A stretch of 64,000 nucleotides of DNA from positions 124,001 to 188,000 of IMG/VR virus record IMGVR_UViG_3300022935_000005; one strand, 5' to 3'. Each line of letters opens with the position of its first letter. The stretch's first letter is position 1. Positions 1-9,570 of the stretch are shown one piece after another. The notes beneath the pieces are model-generated. The model was not told the origin of the DNA, did not search any database, and worked only from the letters and a program-made list of their open reading frames with translations. A program made the translations under genes and the position numbers.

Positions 1-669
1 GTTGAGATTAGAGCAATGACTGCTAGAGAAGAGGATATTCTCACCTCAAAGGCGCTGATTAAGAAAGGTACTGTGATTAGCCATCTGATTAAGTCATGTA
101 TGATCGACAAAAGAGTTGATCCTGACACACTTTTGGCAGGTGACAGAAACGCTTTGATGGTTGCGCTTAGAGTGACGGGCTACGGCGCAGAGTATAAGGT
201 GGAAGTTGATTGCCCTGCGTGCAGCGAGAGATCAAAACATTCCTTCAATTTAGGTGAGCTGCCTATTAAGACTCTTGATCTAGATCCTATTGCTGAAGGT
301 CAAAATGTTTTCGAGACTACGCTACCAGTTACTAAGGCTAAGATTAGGTTCAAGCTTCTAACAGGTCACGATGAGCAGGAGATTATGACGATCTCCGAAC
401 GTCGTAAGAAACAAGGTCAAAGAGCAGAGAATCTTGTTACACAACGTTTAAAGTACGCCATTGTTTCAGCAAACGGTATTAATGATAAGACAAAGCTCGA
501 TATGATGGTTAATAACCTCCCAGCTCGTGATTCGTTATTCTTGCGGAAGTTTATCGACAACAACGAGCCTGGCATTGAGATGAAGTCCTGGATGGATTGT
601 CCTTCATGCCTTGAACATTCGGAGGTGAGGCTGCCTTTAGGCGCCGCGTTTTTTTGGCCTGACGAGTGA
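1..669 (+). CDS. Tail/baseplate assembly chaperone (T4 gp26/gp51-like), 5'-truncated by the window
   Basis: Frame open from base 1 (VEIRAMTAREEDIL); two CxxC pairs (CPAC, CPSC); ends FFWPDE; lies just upstream of the tape measure gene. Confidence 0.7.
   Translation, partial: VEIRAMTAREEDILTSKALIKKGTVISHLIKSCMIDKRVDPDTLLAGDRNALMVALRVTGYGAEYKVEVDCPACSERSKHSFNLGELPIKTLDLDPIAEGQNVFETTLPVTKAKIRFKLLTGHDEQEIMTISERRKKQGQRAENLVTQRLKYAIVSANGINDKTKLDMMVNNLPARDSLFLRKFIDNNEPGIEMKSWMDCPSCLEHSEVRLPLGAAFFWPDE
649..655 (+). promoter_or_regulatory. Putative programmed frameshift slippery site (T7 run)
   Basis: GCG TTT TTT TGG; the +1 frame is open from 641 through 910. Confidence 0.55.
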
Positions 670-910
670 GAATAAAGAAGTCTATCTAGAGCAGATCTTT
701 AATCTTATGTATTATATGGGCTTCACGTATGTTGAAGCCTATAACATTCCTATTTGGGTTCGAATATGGATGATAACGAGGCTGAACAAAGAACTTAAGC
801 GAGCGGGTGATGCTGGTTCTCGAGCCGCTCACCAGAATGATCCTGAGACTCGCGCTCTAATGAGTCGTCACAGGTCACAAGTACCGTCAAAATTGCGTAG
901 ATTTACATAG
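650..910 (+). CDS. Tail chaperone C-terminal extension (gpT-like); first ATG at 707
   Basis: Frame reads FFGLTSENKEVYLEQIFNLMYYMGFTYVEAYNIPIWVR; no clear SD before ATG 707. Confidence 0.6.
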   Translation, partial: FFGLTSENKEVYLEQIFNLMYYMGFTYVEAYNIPIWVRIWMITRLNKELKRAGDAGSRAAHQNDPETRALMSRHRSQVPSKLRRFT

Positions 911-913
911 TTA
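907..913 (+). promoter_or_regulatory. Putative late promoter ATANTTA
   Basis: ATAGTTA; motif recurs upstream of structural-type genes. Confidence 0.4.
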
Positions 914-931
914 TAGAATGAGGTGAATGAT

Positions 932-1177
932 ATGCAAAGTGTTAACGATACATTTCTCAGAGATTGTGCTCTTTACGTCAAGGGTGAGATATCAGAAATC
1001 AAGCTAAAGGGTAACAAAGATGCTGTGAACCTTTTTGCGAAAGTTCTATCAGAGTCCCGGCGCTTTTATGTAGCCCTACAGTCTGGTGAGATGAAGGATG
1101 TCATACCACTTCTAGAGAGGAAGAGGGCCGCCTCTAGGGCCCTACGTAAAAAGACAGGTTATGTTTGGCCCCTATGA
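932..1177 (+). CDS. Hypothetical protein
   Basis: ORF with SD GAGGTG 6 nt before ATG 932. Confidence 0.6.
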   Translation: MQSVNDTFLRDCALYVKGEISEIKLKGNKDAVNLFAKVLSESRRFYVALQSGEMKDVIPLLERKRAASRALRKKTGYVWPL

Positions 1178-1207
1178 TCAAATAAAGGGCGCAGATTCTC
1201 GTTCGTT

Positions 1208-1214
1208 ATATTTA
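1208..1214 (+). promoter_or_regulatory. Putative late promoter ATATTTA
   Basis: Intergenic, upstream of the tape measure gene. Confidence 0.5.
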
Positions 1215-1253
1215 ATGGTAAGGTAGCGTTAACGAGAAGTGTAAGAGCATAGC

Positions 1254-4200
1254 ATGGCTGATTCAAAAGAATTACAAACTCAACTACAGATTAATCAGCA
1301 GATCAACAAAGTTCTGGCTGACCGTGCTAAGCAGATGGACGCTCTATCTAAGCAGATAGGCGGCCAGGCGCAGCTTGCTAAAGAGCTGTGCAAAGCGATG
1401 GAGTGTCAAGATCTCGACGGTCTAGAAGACAGAATAGCTGGTCTATCTTCAACACTTAGCTCTGCTGCTGAGGAAGCTTCAAAGGCTGGTGGTGCCCTAG
1501 ACAAGATGGGCCAAGACGGCCAGAAGTCTACCGGCGGTCTCGGGGACACTCTCGGTAATATACTAAGTAAGTTTACACCGATGAAAGCCGCAGCTGTTGG
1601 TGCTGCATCTGGAATGATGAAGACATTCAGCCGTCTGCCAGGGATGTTCAGTATGATCTCTGGCGGGATCGGTAGCGTTGTTGGTGGCCTATTCAACGTC
1701 GGTAAGTCTATAGTCGGTATTCCGTTTCAGGTCTTGGGCGAGTTCACGAAAGCTGCTGCATCTACAACCGGCGGAGTCAATGAGCTTCGCCAAGCCATGG
1801 AAGAGCTTAAAGGCGAGATGGGCGACTTGTCGAAAGGCGAAGGCGCCGCCGTTATGGAAGGGTTTGACAACTTACGCTCTTCGTCATCGGCTTTAGCGCA
1901 ATCTGGTCTAAGCGTAAGCCAAGTTTTTGGATATGGCTCTGGTGGTGCCGCTGCCATGCTAAAGGCGGTTGGTGAGATAGCAAAAGCCGCAGGCCCTCAA
2001 TTCTCAATGCTGAAAGATCAGATCGCCGGCGCGGCTGACAAGATGGTCATGATGAACAAGGGTCTTGGCATGACCAATGAAGCCCTTGCTGAAATGGCAA
2101 GAAAGGCCCACAATACCGGTAAGGATGTAGGGACTGAGCTCGTTGAGATGGGTTCAATGGCTATCCAGATGGGTAACAAGTTTGGCGTTTCTGCCAAGAC
2201 GATCGGTAAAAACATGTCTGCTCTTACTGAAGATGTTGCAAACTTCGGTAACATGAGCAAGAAAGAACTTGCTGCTACTGCTACCTACATGGCTAAGCTT
2301 GGTATGGAAGCAAAAGACCTACAGGGAGTTATTGATAAGTTCGATGATTTTGAATCTGCCGCCGGCTCCGTAGCACAGCTGAACCAAGCGTTCGGTCTCC
2401 AGCTTGACACTATGGAAATGATGAACGCGCAAAACCCAGCTGAGCGTATTGACAAGATGCGTGAAGCATTCCATGCTGCCGGTAAATCCGTCGACGACAT
2501 GTCAAGAGCAGAAAAGAAGCTAATGGCTGAACAGATGGGTCTGTCCGTTTCTGCTATGGAGAATGCGCTAGCCACAGAAAACATGGGCGTTGCTTATGAA
2601 GACATGGAGGCGGCAGCTGAAGAATCCGAAGCCAACAAGATGTCTGAAAAAGAAGTCATGCTTGAGCTCTCGAAATCAATCCAGAAACTAGTTCATAGTG
2701 GTCAGGGTGTCGACGGCTTCTTTGATGCATTCGCAAAAGGTTTCAGCCGGGGGTTCGCTCAGAATAAAGAGTATAAAGAATCCATAATGGAGATCAAGAA
2801 AGCTTTCAAGGTTGTTATGGACTTCGGCAAGAAGCTCGGCGGGATGTTTGCTGATTTGATGGGTAAACTCGGCCTCTTTGATGCTGTCAAGAAGATCTTT
2901 AATGCAGAAGCCTTAAAAGGACTTTTCGATAAGCTGACAGGATATTTCCAAAAGTTCTCTGATTCTATTTCTGGTGGCGGCGATTATAGCATAGTTGATC
3001 TTATAAAAGATGTATTCGGGGATGTCTATGACTATATAACAGGCGGAGCCGGTGCAGAAGGTGCCAGTGCCTTCAGCAAGTTTTTTGAGAATATCATTCG
3101 TGTTATTGGTGATGCGCTAGCAGACTTGATCCCATTCCTCGCCACGAAGCTCGGTGATCTTATGAATAGTGTTGCCAGCTTCTTATCCGACCCCGGAGGA
3201 CTTGATGGCGCATCTGACGGCCTATCTACCGGCATCGGCGGTGCGTTTGCTGACGCATTCGCCAAGATTGGACCAGCGCTTCAAGATGCATGGCCGCCGA
3301 TTTGGGAAGGCCTACAAAACATGTTCTGGGCAGTGATGGATAGATTCGGGCCATTGATCTTCAAGGTCATGGCTGGTATTGTTGCATTCAATGTTGCGAA
3401 AGCTGTTGTCGCTGGTTTGATAGAAGCTGCCGGCGCAGCCATTGTCGCGAAGATTGTTGGCTTTTTCACTGGCGACTTGGGTGGTAAGGTAGGAGCAGGC
3501 CTAGAGAAAGAAGGCGGCGACGCCATGAAGAAAGAGGGTGGCGGTTTCTTTGAGGGCTTAAAAAGCATGATTGAAAAGATCGGAGAGATAAGCCCTAAAG
3601 ACGTCGTCAAAGCCGGATTTAACCTTACAATACTCGCCGCCTTCGCAGGGATTTCTCTAGTCTTGTTTGCAGGAGCCATCGCATTAGCCTATGCTATATT
3701 AAAAGATGTGCCCTTCACAGGCTTGCTCAAGGTATTTTTAGCCCTAGCAATAGCGATAGCAGCTATGGTCCCCTTTGTGTTTGCCGCACTCATGATGGAA
3801 CCGACAACGATTACAACCGCCGGTCTCATGATGCTTGTCGGTGCGTTGTTCTTTACTGTGTCTGTAGTCGCTTTTGCGGCAGGGATCAGAATAGCATACG
3901 AAGTATTGAAGGCTATTCCGTTTGTAGACTTTGTTAAAATACTTGGGATGCTGGCGCTGACTCTAATGGCTACTATTGCTCTTGGCGCTGTCGGTATGCT
4001 CTTTGGATCATTCGTGACAGCAGTACCAATAATGATAGTCGGTATGGTCGCCGCAGCGCTACTGTTCACAGCAGGTGTACTGATATTTGGGAAAGCCCTG
4101 CAAGAGCTTCTGCCTACGTTCAAGAAGATATCTGACAGCCTACCGATAATCGGGCCAGCTATTGGGGCGATTATAGTCATGGTCGGAATAATAGCAGGTA

Positions 4201-5672
4201 TGGCCGGTCTCGGTGTGGCCTTCGCGGCAATTGGAATTTTTGCTCCAATTCTGGCGGGCGGATTTAAGGTTGCCGCCGACTTCTTCGTTGGTGCGATGGG
4301 TGATATCAAGCGTATGATAAGCGCTCTCATGTCTCTGGAGATACCGAACGTTGATGACGTCGCCAAGAGAATAAACGTTATTGCCAAAGTCGCCGAAGTG
4401 ATGCAGTCTCTTGCGGGTATCGGGCTCGATGCAGCGAAGCTGGGTGTTGTATCGCAGTTGATGGGTGGACCATCTATGTCGGAAATATTCACTTCAATCG
4501 GCGATCTTCTTGGGAAGATTACTGATTCGCTCGTGACGATCATGGTTACCCTCGTATTTCTCGCAGGGGTACTTCCTGACGGCTCTGAAAAGAAAGTGGA
4601 AGTCATCGCTGGTGCTCTTGGTGCCGTCGCTGAACTCGCGTCTGCATTGATGACACCGCTCCAGGCGCTCTCGGAAATATCGAGTGGCATGTTCGGCAAG
4701 GACGTCGCGAAAACAATGGGAGCAATCGTTGACGGTATAATCAAGCTTTTAGACGCGATTAAAGATACTCTACCCGATATGCTTTTAACTCTTATTGTGA
4801 TGGCTAACTTAGTCGGAGATCCAGAGAAGGCCGGCCCAAGGATGAAGGTTGTTGTCGATGCTATGGCAGCGGTTGGGAATTTCGCCAAAGCTATTGGAGA
4901 CGTCTCCAAGCTCATACCTAAAGATGATAGCTGGTTCGGTGGTGATGATTTGGCTACGAGAATAGGACAAATGGCAAAGATGATAACAACCATCGTTAAT
5001 TCTGTCAAGAACGAGATGCCGAAGCTCATCAATGCTGTACTTGACGCCGCGGCGGGTCTAGGTGATGATGCCGCTGTGGAACTGGCGTTGAAGAAAGTTG
5101 ATGTTGTCTCCAAAGCCATGGCCGCTGTTGGTTCTTTTGCCGATACAGTATCGAAGTTGTCGGGCATGCAGGTTCCTGAAGGATCTTCTGTCGGTGGCCT
5201 TGTTAAGAATGTCGTCCAGGGTATGGTCAGCTCTCTCACTGGAGAGAATAGCATTGCGACCCTGTTCACCACACTCGAATCGATGACGCTTAATGAAGCG
5301 GCTTTGACCACACTTGACACAGCGGGTAAGATGACCAAGGGTCTTATCGACTTCTCTCAAGCACTCACTGAGTTGACGACTGCTTCGGAAGGAATGGGAC
5401 CAGCTGAAACTATGGGCGCTGCCGTCACAGCGATGGTGGATAACGCAAAGGCTGCGATAACTGCTCTAAACAGCGTTGGAGAACTCAACGCCAAAGTAGC
5501 TCTTGATAATTTCGCGAAAGCGATCGGGACAGGCGATGGCCAATTTAACGTTACCAACGAACCGGTAAATATTACTCTTAATGTACAGGTTACCATGGAT
5601 GCTGACAAGGTCGGCAAGGTCTTGGTAGATAAATCTGTTATGACCACCGCGCTAGCATCAGCAGAAGGATAG
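1254..5672 (+). CDS. Tail tape measure protein
   Basis: 1472 aa, Ala/Gly/Met-rich helical protein with a long hydrophobic central segment; sits between the chaperone and baseplate genes. Confidence 0.85.
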   Translation: MADSKELQTQLQINQQINKVLADRAKQMDALSKQIGGQAQLAKELCKAMECQDLDGLEDRIAGLSSTLSSAAEEASKAGGALDKMGQDGQKSTGGLGDTLGNILSKFTPMKAAAVGAASGMMKTFSRLPGMFSMISGGIGSVVGGLFNVGKSIVGIPFQVLGEFTKAAASTTGGVNELRQAMEELKGEMGDLSKGEGAAVMEGFDNLRSSSSALAQSGLSVSQVFGYGSGGAAAMLKAVGEIAKAAGPQFSMLKDQIAGAADKMVMMNKGLGMTNEALAEMARKAHNTGKDVGTELVEMGSMAIQMGNKFGVSAKTIGKNMSALTEDVANFGNMSKKELAATATYMAKLGMEAKDLQGVIDKFDDFESAAGSVAQLNQAFGLQLDTMEMMNAQNPAERIDKMREAFHAAGKSVDDMSRAEKKLMAEQMGLSVSAMENALATENMGVAYEDMEAAAEESEANKMSEKEVMLELSKSIQKLVHSGQGVDGFFDAFAKGFSRGFAQNKEYKESIMEIKKAFKVVMDFGKKLGGMFADLMGKLGLFDAVKKIFNAEALKGLFDKLTGYFQKFSDSISGGGDYSIVDLIKDVFGDVYDYITGGAGAEGASAFSKFFENIIRVIGDALADLIPFLATKLGDLMNSVASFLSDPGGLDGASDGLSTGIGGAFADAFAKIGPALQDAWPPIWEGLQNMFWAVMDRFGPLIFKVMAGIVAFNVAKAVVAGLIEAAGAAIVAKIVGFFTGDLGGKVGAGLEKEGGDAMKKEGGGFFEGLKSMIEKIGEISPKDVVKAGFNLTILAAFAGISLVLFAGAIALAYAILKDVPFTGLLKVFLALAIAIAAMVPFVFAALMMEPTTITTAGLMMLVGALFFTVSVVAFAAGIRIAYEVLKAIPFVDFVKILGMLALTLMATIALGAVGMLFGSFVTAVPIMIVGMVAAALLFTAGVLIFGKALQELLPTFKKISDSLPIIGPAIGAIIVMVGIIAGMAGLGVAFAAIGIFAPILAGGFKVAADFFVGAMGDIKRMISALMSLEIPNVDDVAKRINVIAKVAEVMQSLAGIGLDAAKLGVVSQLMGGPSMSEIFTSIGDLLGKITDSLVTIMVTLVFLAGVLPDGSEKKVEVIAGALGAVAELASALMTPLQALSEISSGMFGKDVAKTMGAIVDGIIKLLDAIKDTLPDMLLTLIVMANLVGDPEKAGPRMKVVVDAMAAVGNFAKAIGDVSKLIPKDDSWFGGDDLATRIGQMAKMITTIVNSVKNEMPKLINAVLDAAAGLGDDAAVELALKKVDVVSKAMAAVGSFADTVSKLSGMQVPEGSSVGGLVKNVVQGMVSSLTGENSIATLFTTLESMTLNEAALTTLDTAGKMTKGLIDFSQALTELTTASEGMGPAETMGAAVTAMVDNAKAAITALNSVGELNAKVALDNFAKAIGTGDGQFNVTNEPVNITLNVQVTMDADKVGKVLVDKSVMTTALASAEG

Positions 5673-5676
5673 TAAA

Positions 5677-5874
5677 GTGACTAAAGGTATAAACGGTGAA
5701 GATCAAGATAGAGCAGCTCTTAGAGAGAAGTTTTTAGAAGACCTAAGAAAACTTGAGAAACTTGAAGTACCGCTTCCGATGCGTAATCTGTTAGAGATCA
5801 TTGAATTGGTTAAGAAAGACGAGGAAGCTCTAGAAGTTTTAAGAGAAGAGATACTTAAAAATCATGGCCAATGA
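5677..5874 (+). CDS. Hypothetical protein
   Basis: 65-aa ORF packed tightly in the operon. Confidence 0.5.
   Translation: MTKGINGEDQDRAALREKFLEDLRKLEKLEVPLPMRNLLEIIELVKKDEEALEVLREEILKNHGQ
5851..5857 (+). promoter_or_regulatory. Putative late promoter ATACTTA
   Basis: 6 nt before ATG 5864. Confidence 0.35.
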
Positions 5875-8800
5875 AAAAGACTACATTCCAGAAGGTTCAA
5901 GCCCAAACGGCGCCGTTAAAGAGGGCGATGACCTGAGCACCTCTGCAAAGGCCACGCTGGGGTCGTATCTGAGTTCTCTGACCAAGTCTCCTGACACTAA
6001 GAATGCTTTTCCAATAGATGATAATCCTATCGCTGAAACGTCTCTTAGGGGTACATCTGGACTACCAGCAGAATTTAAGACGGGTGGAGCCGATGAGACT
6101 CAAGGATTTACAAGAACGTTCCCGACGGGTGGGAAGTCGTCCGAGTCAGCAGTTAATAATTTTGAGACATTAAGCAACTCTGGAAAGATATCAACTTTAT
6201 CCGACGTTCTAAATAAGAACGCTCAAACTGATGGCCATAATCTATTAAGAGATGTGGTCTCAAACAGGGAACCCGGCGAACCCGGTGTCGGTGATCCTAC
6301 GGGGGCGTCTGCTGTCAAGTCTCCCTCCGGCGAGACACCAGTACAAAAGAAGATATCTAGTATGCTCCGGACTGGTAACAGGTTCGACCCGACGCCTGGA
6401 TCAAGTCCCTATATCGAAGATGGCCGATTCACAGAGCCCGGAATTCCTATAACTCAAAGCGGTTTTGGTGTATACGACGACGATGCTGTAAGGACAAGTT
6501 TGAATGATCTTCACAAGATCGCTCACTCGTTGATGGTGCGCTCCACTGGTCACAGGATGAGTAATTCCTCAGATCCAGACGGCGGAAGCGCGGTGTCGAC
6601 AACTGATGTTCAGATGGGCTCTGCAAAGGTTGACGTAGAGAAGCTTCGTCCTACCAACGTCTATGCGTCTCCAGAGAAGATACAGCTTCAAAATGCCGAA
6701 CTTCGTTATGACGATATTACAGGGGCCGCCTTACCAGCACAAAAGACTTTTGGTAATCTTTCATCTTATAGGGAACCTTTTGAGCATGCTGTTTTTGCGA
6801 ACCTTAATACAGCTGTGCAGGCGCTTGGTGAGTATCTTTTAGGTGCTGCAGTGTTTACTGCACTTATTACCCTTGTGGAACTCTTAGAGTCGACAGAAAA
6901 ACCCCACAATCCTAAGTCTCCGCGTAGCCTTGCGAAGGGAAGATGGTATAAGGAAGGTACTATCCTCCGTATTCTACGGCAGGCAGGATTTCCTCGACTA
7001 GATCGTCCAGCTTGGAAATGTGCGATATACGGTTTAGCTGCTTGGTTGAAGATTCCGCCATCCGCTCTTCCCGATGCGTCAGATGAGGCACCTTCCCCGA
7101 TCCCGTCTTTTCCACCCTTGCCTGAGGTCAGTGCTGTAACAGGTATGTCTTCCGTCGCGGCATGGTTTTCAGAAGTTGCAGCATCTGGCGATGATGTGCT
7201 GTTCAACGCGCTTTATGGATCTGGGTACTACGCAAACGTGATGAGAGTAGTTAGAAGAGATTTAGACAGAATGTTGGAGACTGTGACTCTGGACAGTGGC
7301 ACAACATCCGGACCAGACGGCGCTCGAGCCATTTTCGATATGATAATGAACTTGAACAGATATCCTGCCTGGAATTTCTTCGTTTCAATTTTGACGATGG
7401 GCGACGCTTGGCTGAATTCATACAACAAATATGTGAAGTTTAACGCGCTAAGCACGACTGGCCAGACGAGAACCCAAATGAGCCGACAGCCTGGGAGTGA
7501 CAAACAGGCTTGGAGACACCGATCGGCGCCAGCTCTTGTGCTTCTAAACGAGAAGTACACTAATGCTGCTACCGCTTTTGGGTACCACCCGACATTTATG
7601 CAAGAGTTGCACTCCAGAATTGGAGATGACGAATCAAGAACACCAGTTCCGTACGGCGATAACCTGAGACCGGGTGGAAACAACAGGGGTGTTAAAGGGA
7701 ATGCTGCACAGTCTTCGATCCGGTATAGCAGAGAAGACGTAGAGTTGATTGAAAACGAACTTGATGCAGAGTATTGTCCCTTCTACTTTCATGACCTTCG
7801 TACTAACGAGGTGATAAGCTTCCATGCCTTCTTGAATGATCTAAAAGACTCATATAGCGTGTCATACTCTGAGAGCGCGGGATATGGGAGGATAGACAAG
7901 GTCAAGATCTACCAAGACACAACAAGAAGTATAAGTTTATCATGGACGCTTGTGTCTACTTCACCTGACGATTTTGATTCCATGTGGTGGAGTGTAAACA
8001 AGCTCGTCTCTATGCTTTACCCTTCATTCTCACCAGGGAAATCTGTCAAAGCCGGTGATAAGAAGTTTGTAATGCCGTTCTCTCAGATCCCGACGGCGTC
8101 GCCAGTCATAAGACTAAGGGTGGGTGATGTCGTAAGGAGTAACTATAGCAGGTTTAATCTCGCAAGGATATTCGGTTTGTCAGAGATAAAGCTTGCGCCG
8201 GCAGACGCAGAGAAGGGTAAGAGTACTGAAGTCAATAAAGAACTGGCCGCTGCTGGCTTTGATATATCTGCCGCGTCCGCAGTAAGTTCTGCGAAAGCAG
8301 ATTCTGACAAAGAATATAAAGAAGCATTCGATGCCGCAACCAAAGAACGAACGGCACGCTTCTCAACAGAACCTGCCTCCGCTGCTGATGTTGCCCATGG
8401 ATACCTACCGGGTGATGAGACGTGGGGCTACGCGATACTTTCGCCAAGTTCAGCAGGTTATACGACATATGACACTAAAGCTGGGAAGATAATTCCCGCT
8501 GCTTCAACTGGTGATAAAAGCCAAAACACTCATAACACGAACCCGCCCGATGGCGGTGATCATGTAACTTCAAAGGCTTTTAGATCTCGTCCGACGACGT
8601 CCGGTAAGGTTAAGATTCTAGAGAGGCAAGTGTACTCAAGTTACGATGCCGAAGGTGAACTAGAGGCATCTTATGCGGAATATTTTGTGCAGTATGAAGA
8701 TCAAGATGATGCAGCAGACCCGTACGGACCAGCAAGCGCCAAGGGACATTTTCACACTTATGTCGTTACGTCGAATGATCTTGCGCCTATTCCAGCTACA

Positions 8801-9274
8801 ATCAAGAAGCTTACACCAGCTGATCCTGCAATCACATTAGACACTCAAATAGAGGATGTTGATAAATTCTTTGATCCCAAGAATAACGCAATTGTTCGAT
8901 CTTTTGAAGCCGCCGGCGGCCGAGGACTAGCGGGTGTTATAACAAGCATGGACTTCGACTGGAATGAAGCACAATGGGATATGAGTGGGCTGGGACGTCG
9001 CGCTCCAACGATGTTGACGATTTCGATTTCGTTTAGCCCGATTCATGATATTATTCCAGGCCTGGATAGTAATGGTATGATGAGGTCCATGAACTATCCT
9101 GTCGGAGGTCTCGCGGGACCGATGGCGACAGATTATCATGACAAGGGTGGAATTAGAAGTCCGTTTAACAGTGCAAAAACACCAGAGGTTAGTTCGAAAG
9201 TCACCGATGATCGTTCAGCGAACTACGACAACTTTGCTAAATCAATAGACAAAGACGGCGAAGGTGGAGGATAA
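5864..9274 (+). CDS. Baseplate/tail-tube-initiator-like structural protein
   Basis: 1136 aa; segment PFYFHDLRTNEVISFHAFL...GYGRIDKVKIYQDTTRSISLSW resembles tube-initiator domains; position after the tape measure gene. Confidence 0.55.
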   Translation: MANEKDYIPEGSSPNGAVKEGDDLSTSAKATLGSYLSSLTKSPDTKNAFPIDDNPIAETSLRGTSGLPAEFKTGGADETQGFTRTFPTGGKSSESAVNNFETLSNSGKISTLSDVLNKNAQTDGHNLLRDVVSNREPGEPGVGDPTGASAVKSPSGETPVQKKISSMLRTGNRFDPTPGSSPYIEDGRFTEPGIPITQSGFGVYDDDAVRTSLNDLHKIAHSLMVRSTGHRMSNSSDPDGGSAVSTTDVQMGSAKVDVEKLRPTNVYASPEKIQLQNAELRYDDITGAALPAQKTFGNLSSYREPFEHAVFANLNTAVQALGEYLLGAAVFTALITLVELLESTEKPHNPKSPRSLAKGRWYKEGTILRILRQAGFPRLDRPAWKCAIYGLAAWLKIPPSALPDASDEAPSPIPSFPPLPEVSAVTGMSSVAAWFSEVAASGDDVLFNALYGSGYYANVMRVVRRDLDRMLETVTLDSGTTSGPDGARAIFDMIMNLNRYPAWNFFVSILTMGDAWLNSYNKYVKFNALSTTGQTRTQMSRQPGSDKQAWRHRSAPALVLLNEKYTNAATAFGYHPTFMQELHSRIGDDESRTPVPYGDNLRPGGNNRGVKGNAAQSSIRYSREDVELIENELDAEYCPFYFHDLRTNEVISFHAFLNDLKDSYSVSYSESAGYGRIDKVKIYQDTTRSISLSWTLVSTSPDDFDSMWWSVNKLVSMLYPSFSPGKSVKAGDKKFVMPFSQIPTASPVIRLRVGDVVRSNYSRFNLARIFGLSEIKLAPADAEKGKSTEVNKELAAAGFDISAASAVSSAKADSDKEYKEAFDAATKERTARFSTEPASAADVAHGYLPGDETWGYAILSPSSAGYTTYDTKAGKIIPAASTGDKSQNTHNTNPPDGGDHVTSKAFRSRPTTSGKVKILERQVYSSYDAEGELEASYAEYFVQYEDQDDAADPYGPASAKGHFHTYVVTSNDLAPIPATIKKLTPADPAITLDTQIEDVDKFFDPKNNAIVRSFEAAGGRGLAGVITSMDFDWNEAQWDMSGLGRRAPTMLTISISFSPIHDIIPGLDSNGMMRSMNYPVGGLAGPMATDYHDKGGIRSPFNSAKTPEVSSKVTDDRSANYDNFAKSIDKDGEGGG

Positions 9275-9276
9275 TA

Positions 9277-9570
9277 ATGCCAACAAGATACAAAAGATCT
9301 CCACGCATAAAAGGCGGCAAGTCTTATGGCACGTATTCCGCAGGTTATGCTATAAACAGAGCTGTTAATTCAGGCGCACTAGATTTTGTCAAGAGGGTCA
9401 CAGTAGAAAATGATCGTCTTGATATTATCGCTGGTGAATACTACGGAGACGGAACCCTGTGGTGGGTGATTGCTGCTGCTAGTGGGATTGGGTGGGGTCT
9501 TCAAGTTCCAGCTGGGATTGAATTAATTATTCCTGTCAACATTGGACAGATAGAAGCCCTGGTGGGGTAA
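9277..9570 (+). CDS. Baseplate wedge protein, LysM/tail-X-like (gp53-like)
   Basis: DRLDIIAGEYYGDGTLWWVIAAAS motif. Confidence 0.75.
   Translation: MPTRYKRSPRIKGGKSYGTYSAGYAINRAVNSGALDFVKRVTVENDRLDIIAGEYYGDGTLWWVIAAASGIGWGLQVPAGIELIIPVNIGQIEALVG

Noticed and set aside
3689-5338. 549-aa minus-strand ORF, and other antisense ORFs across the window
   Set aside because: Shadow frames of Ala/Gly-rich + strand genes; no recognisable motifs or RBS, and all credible genes are on the + strand
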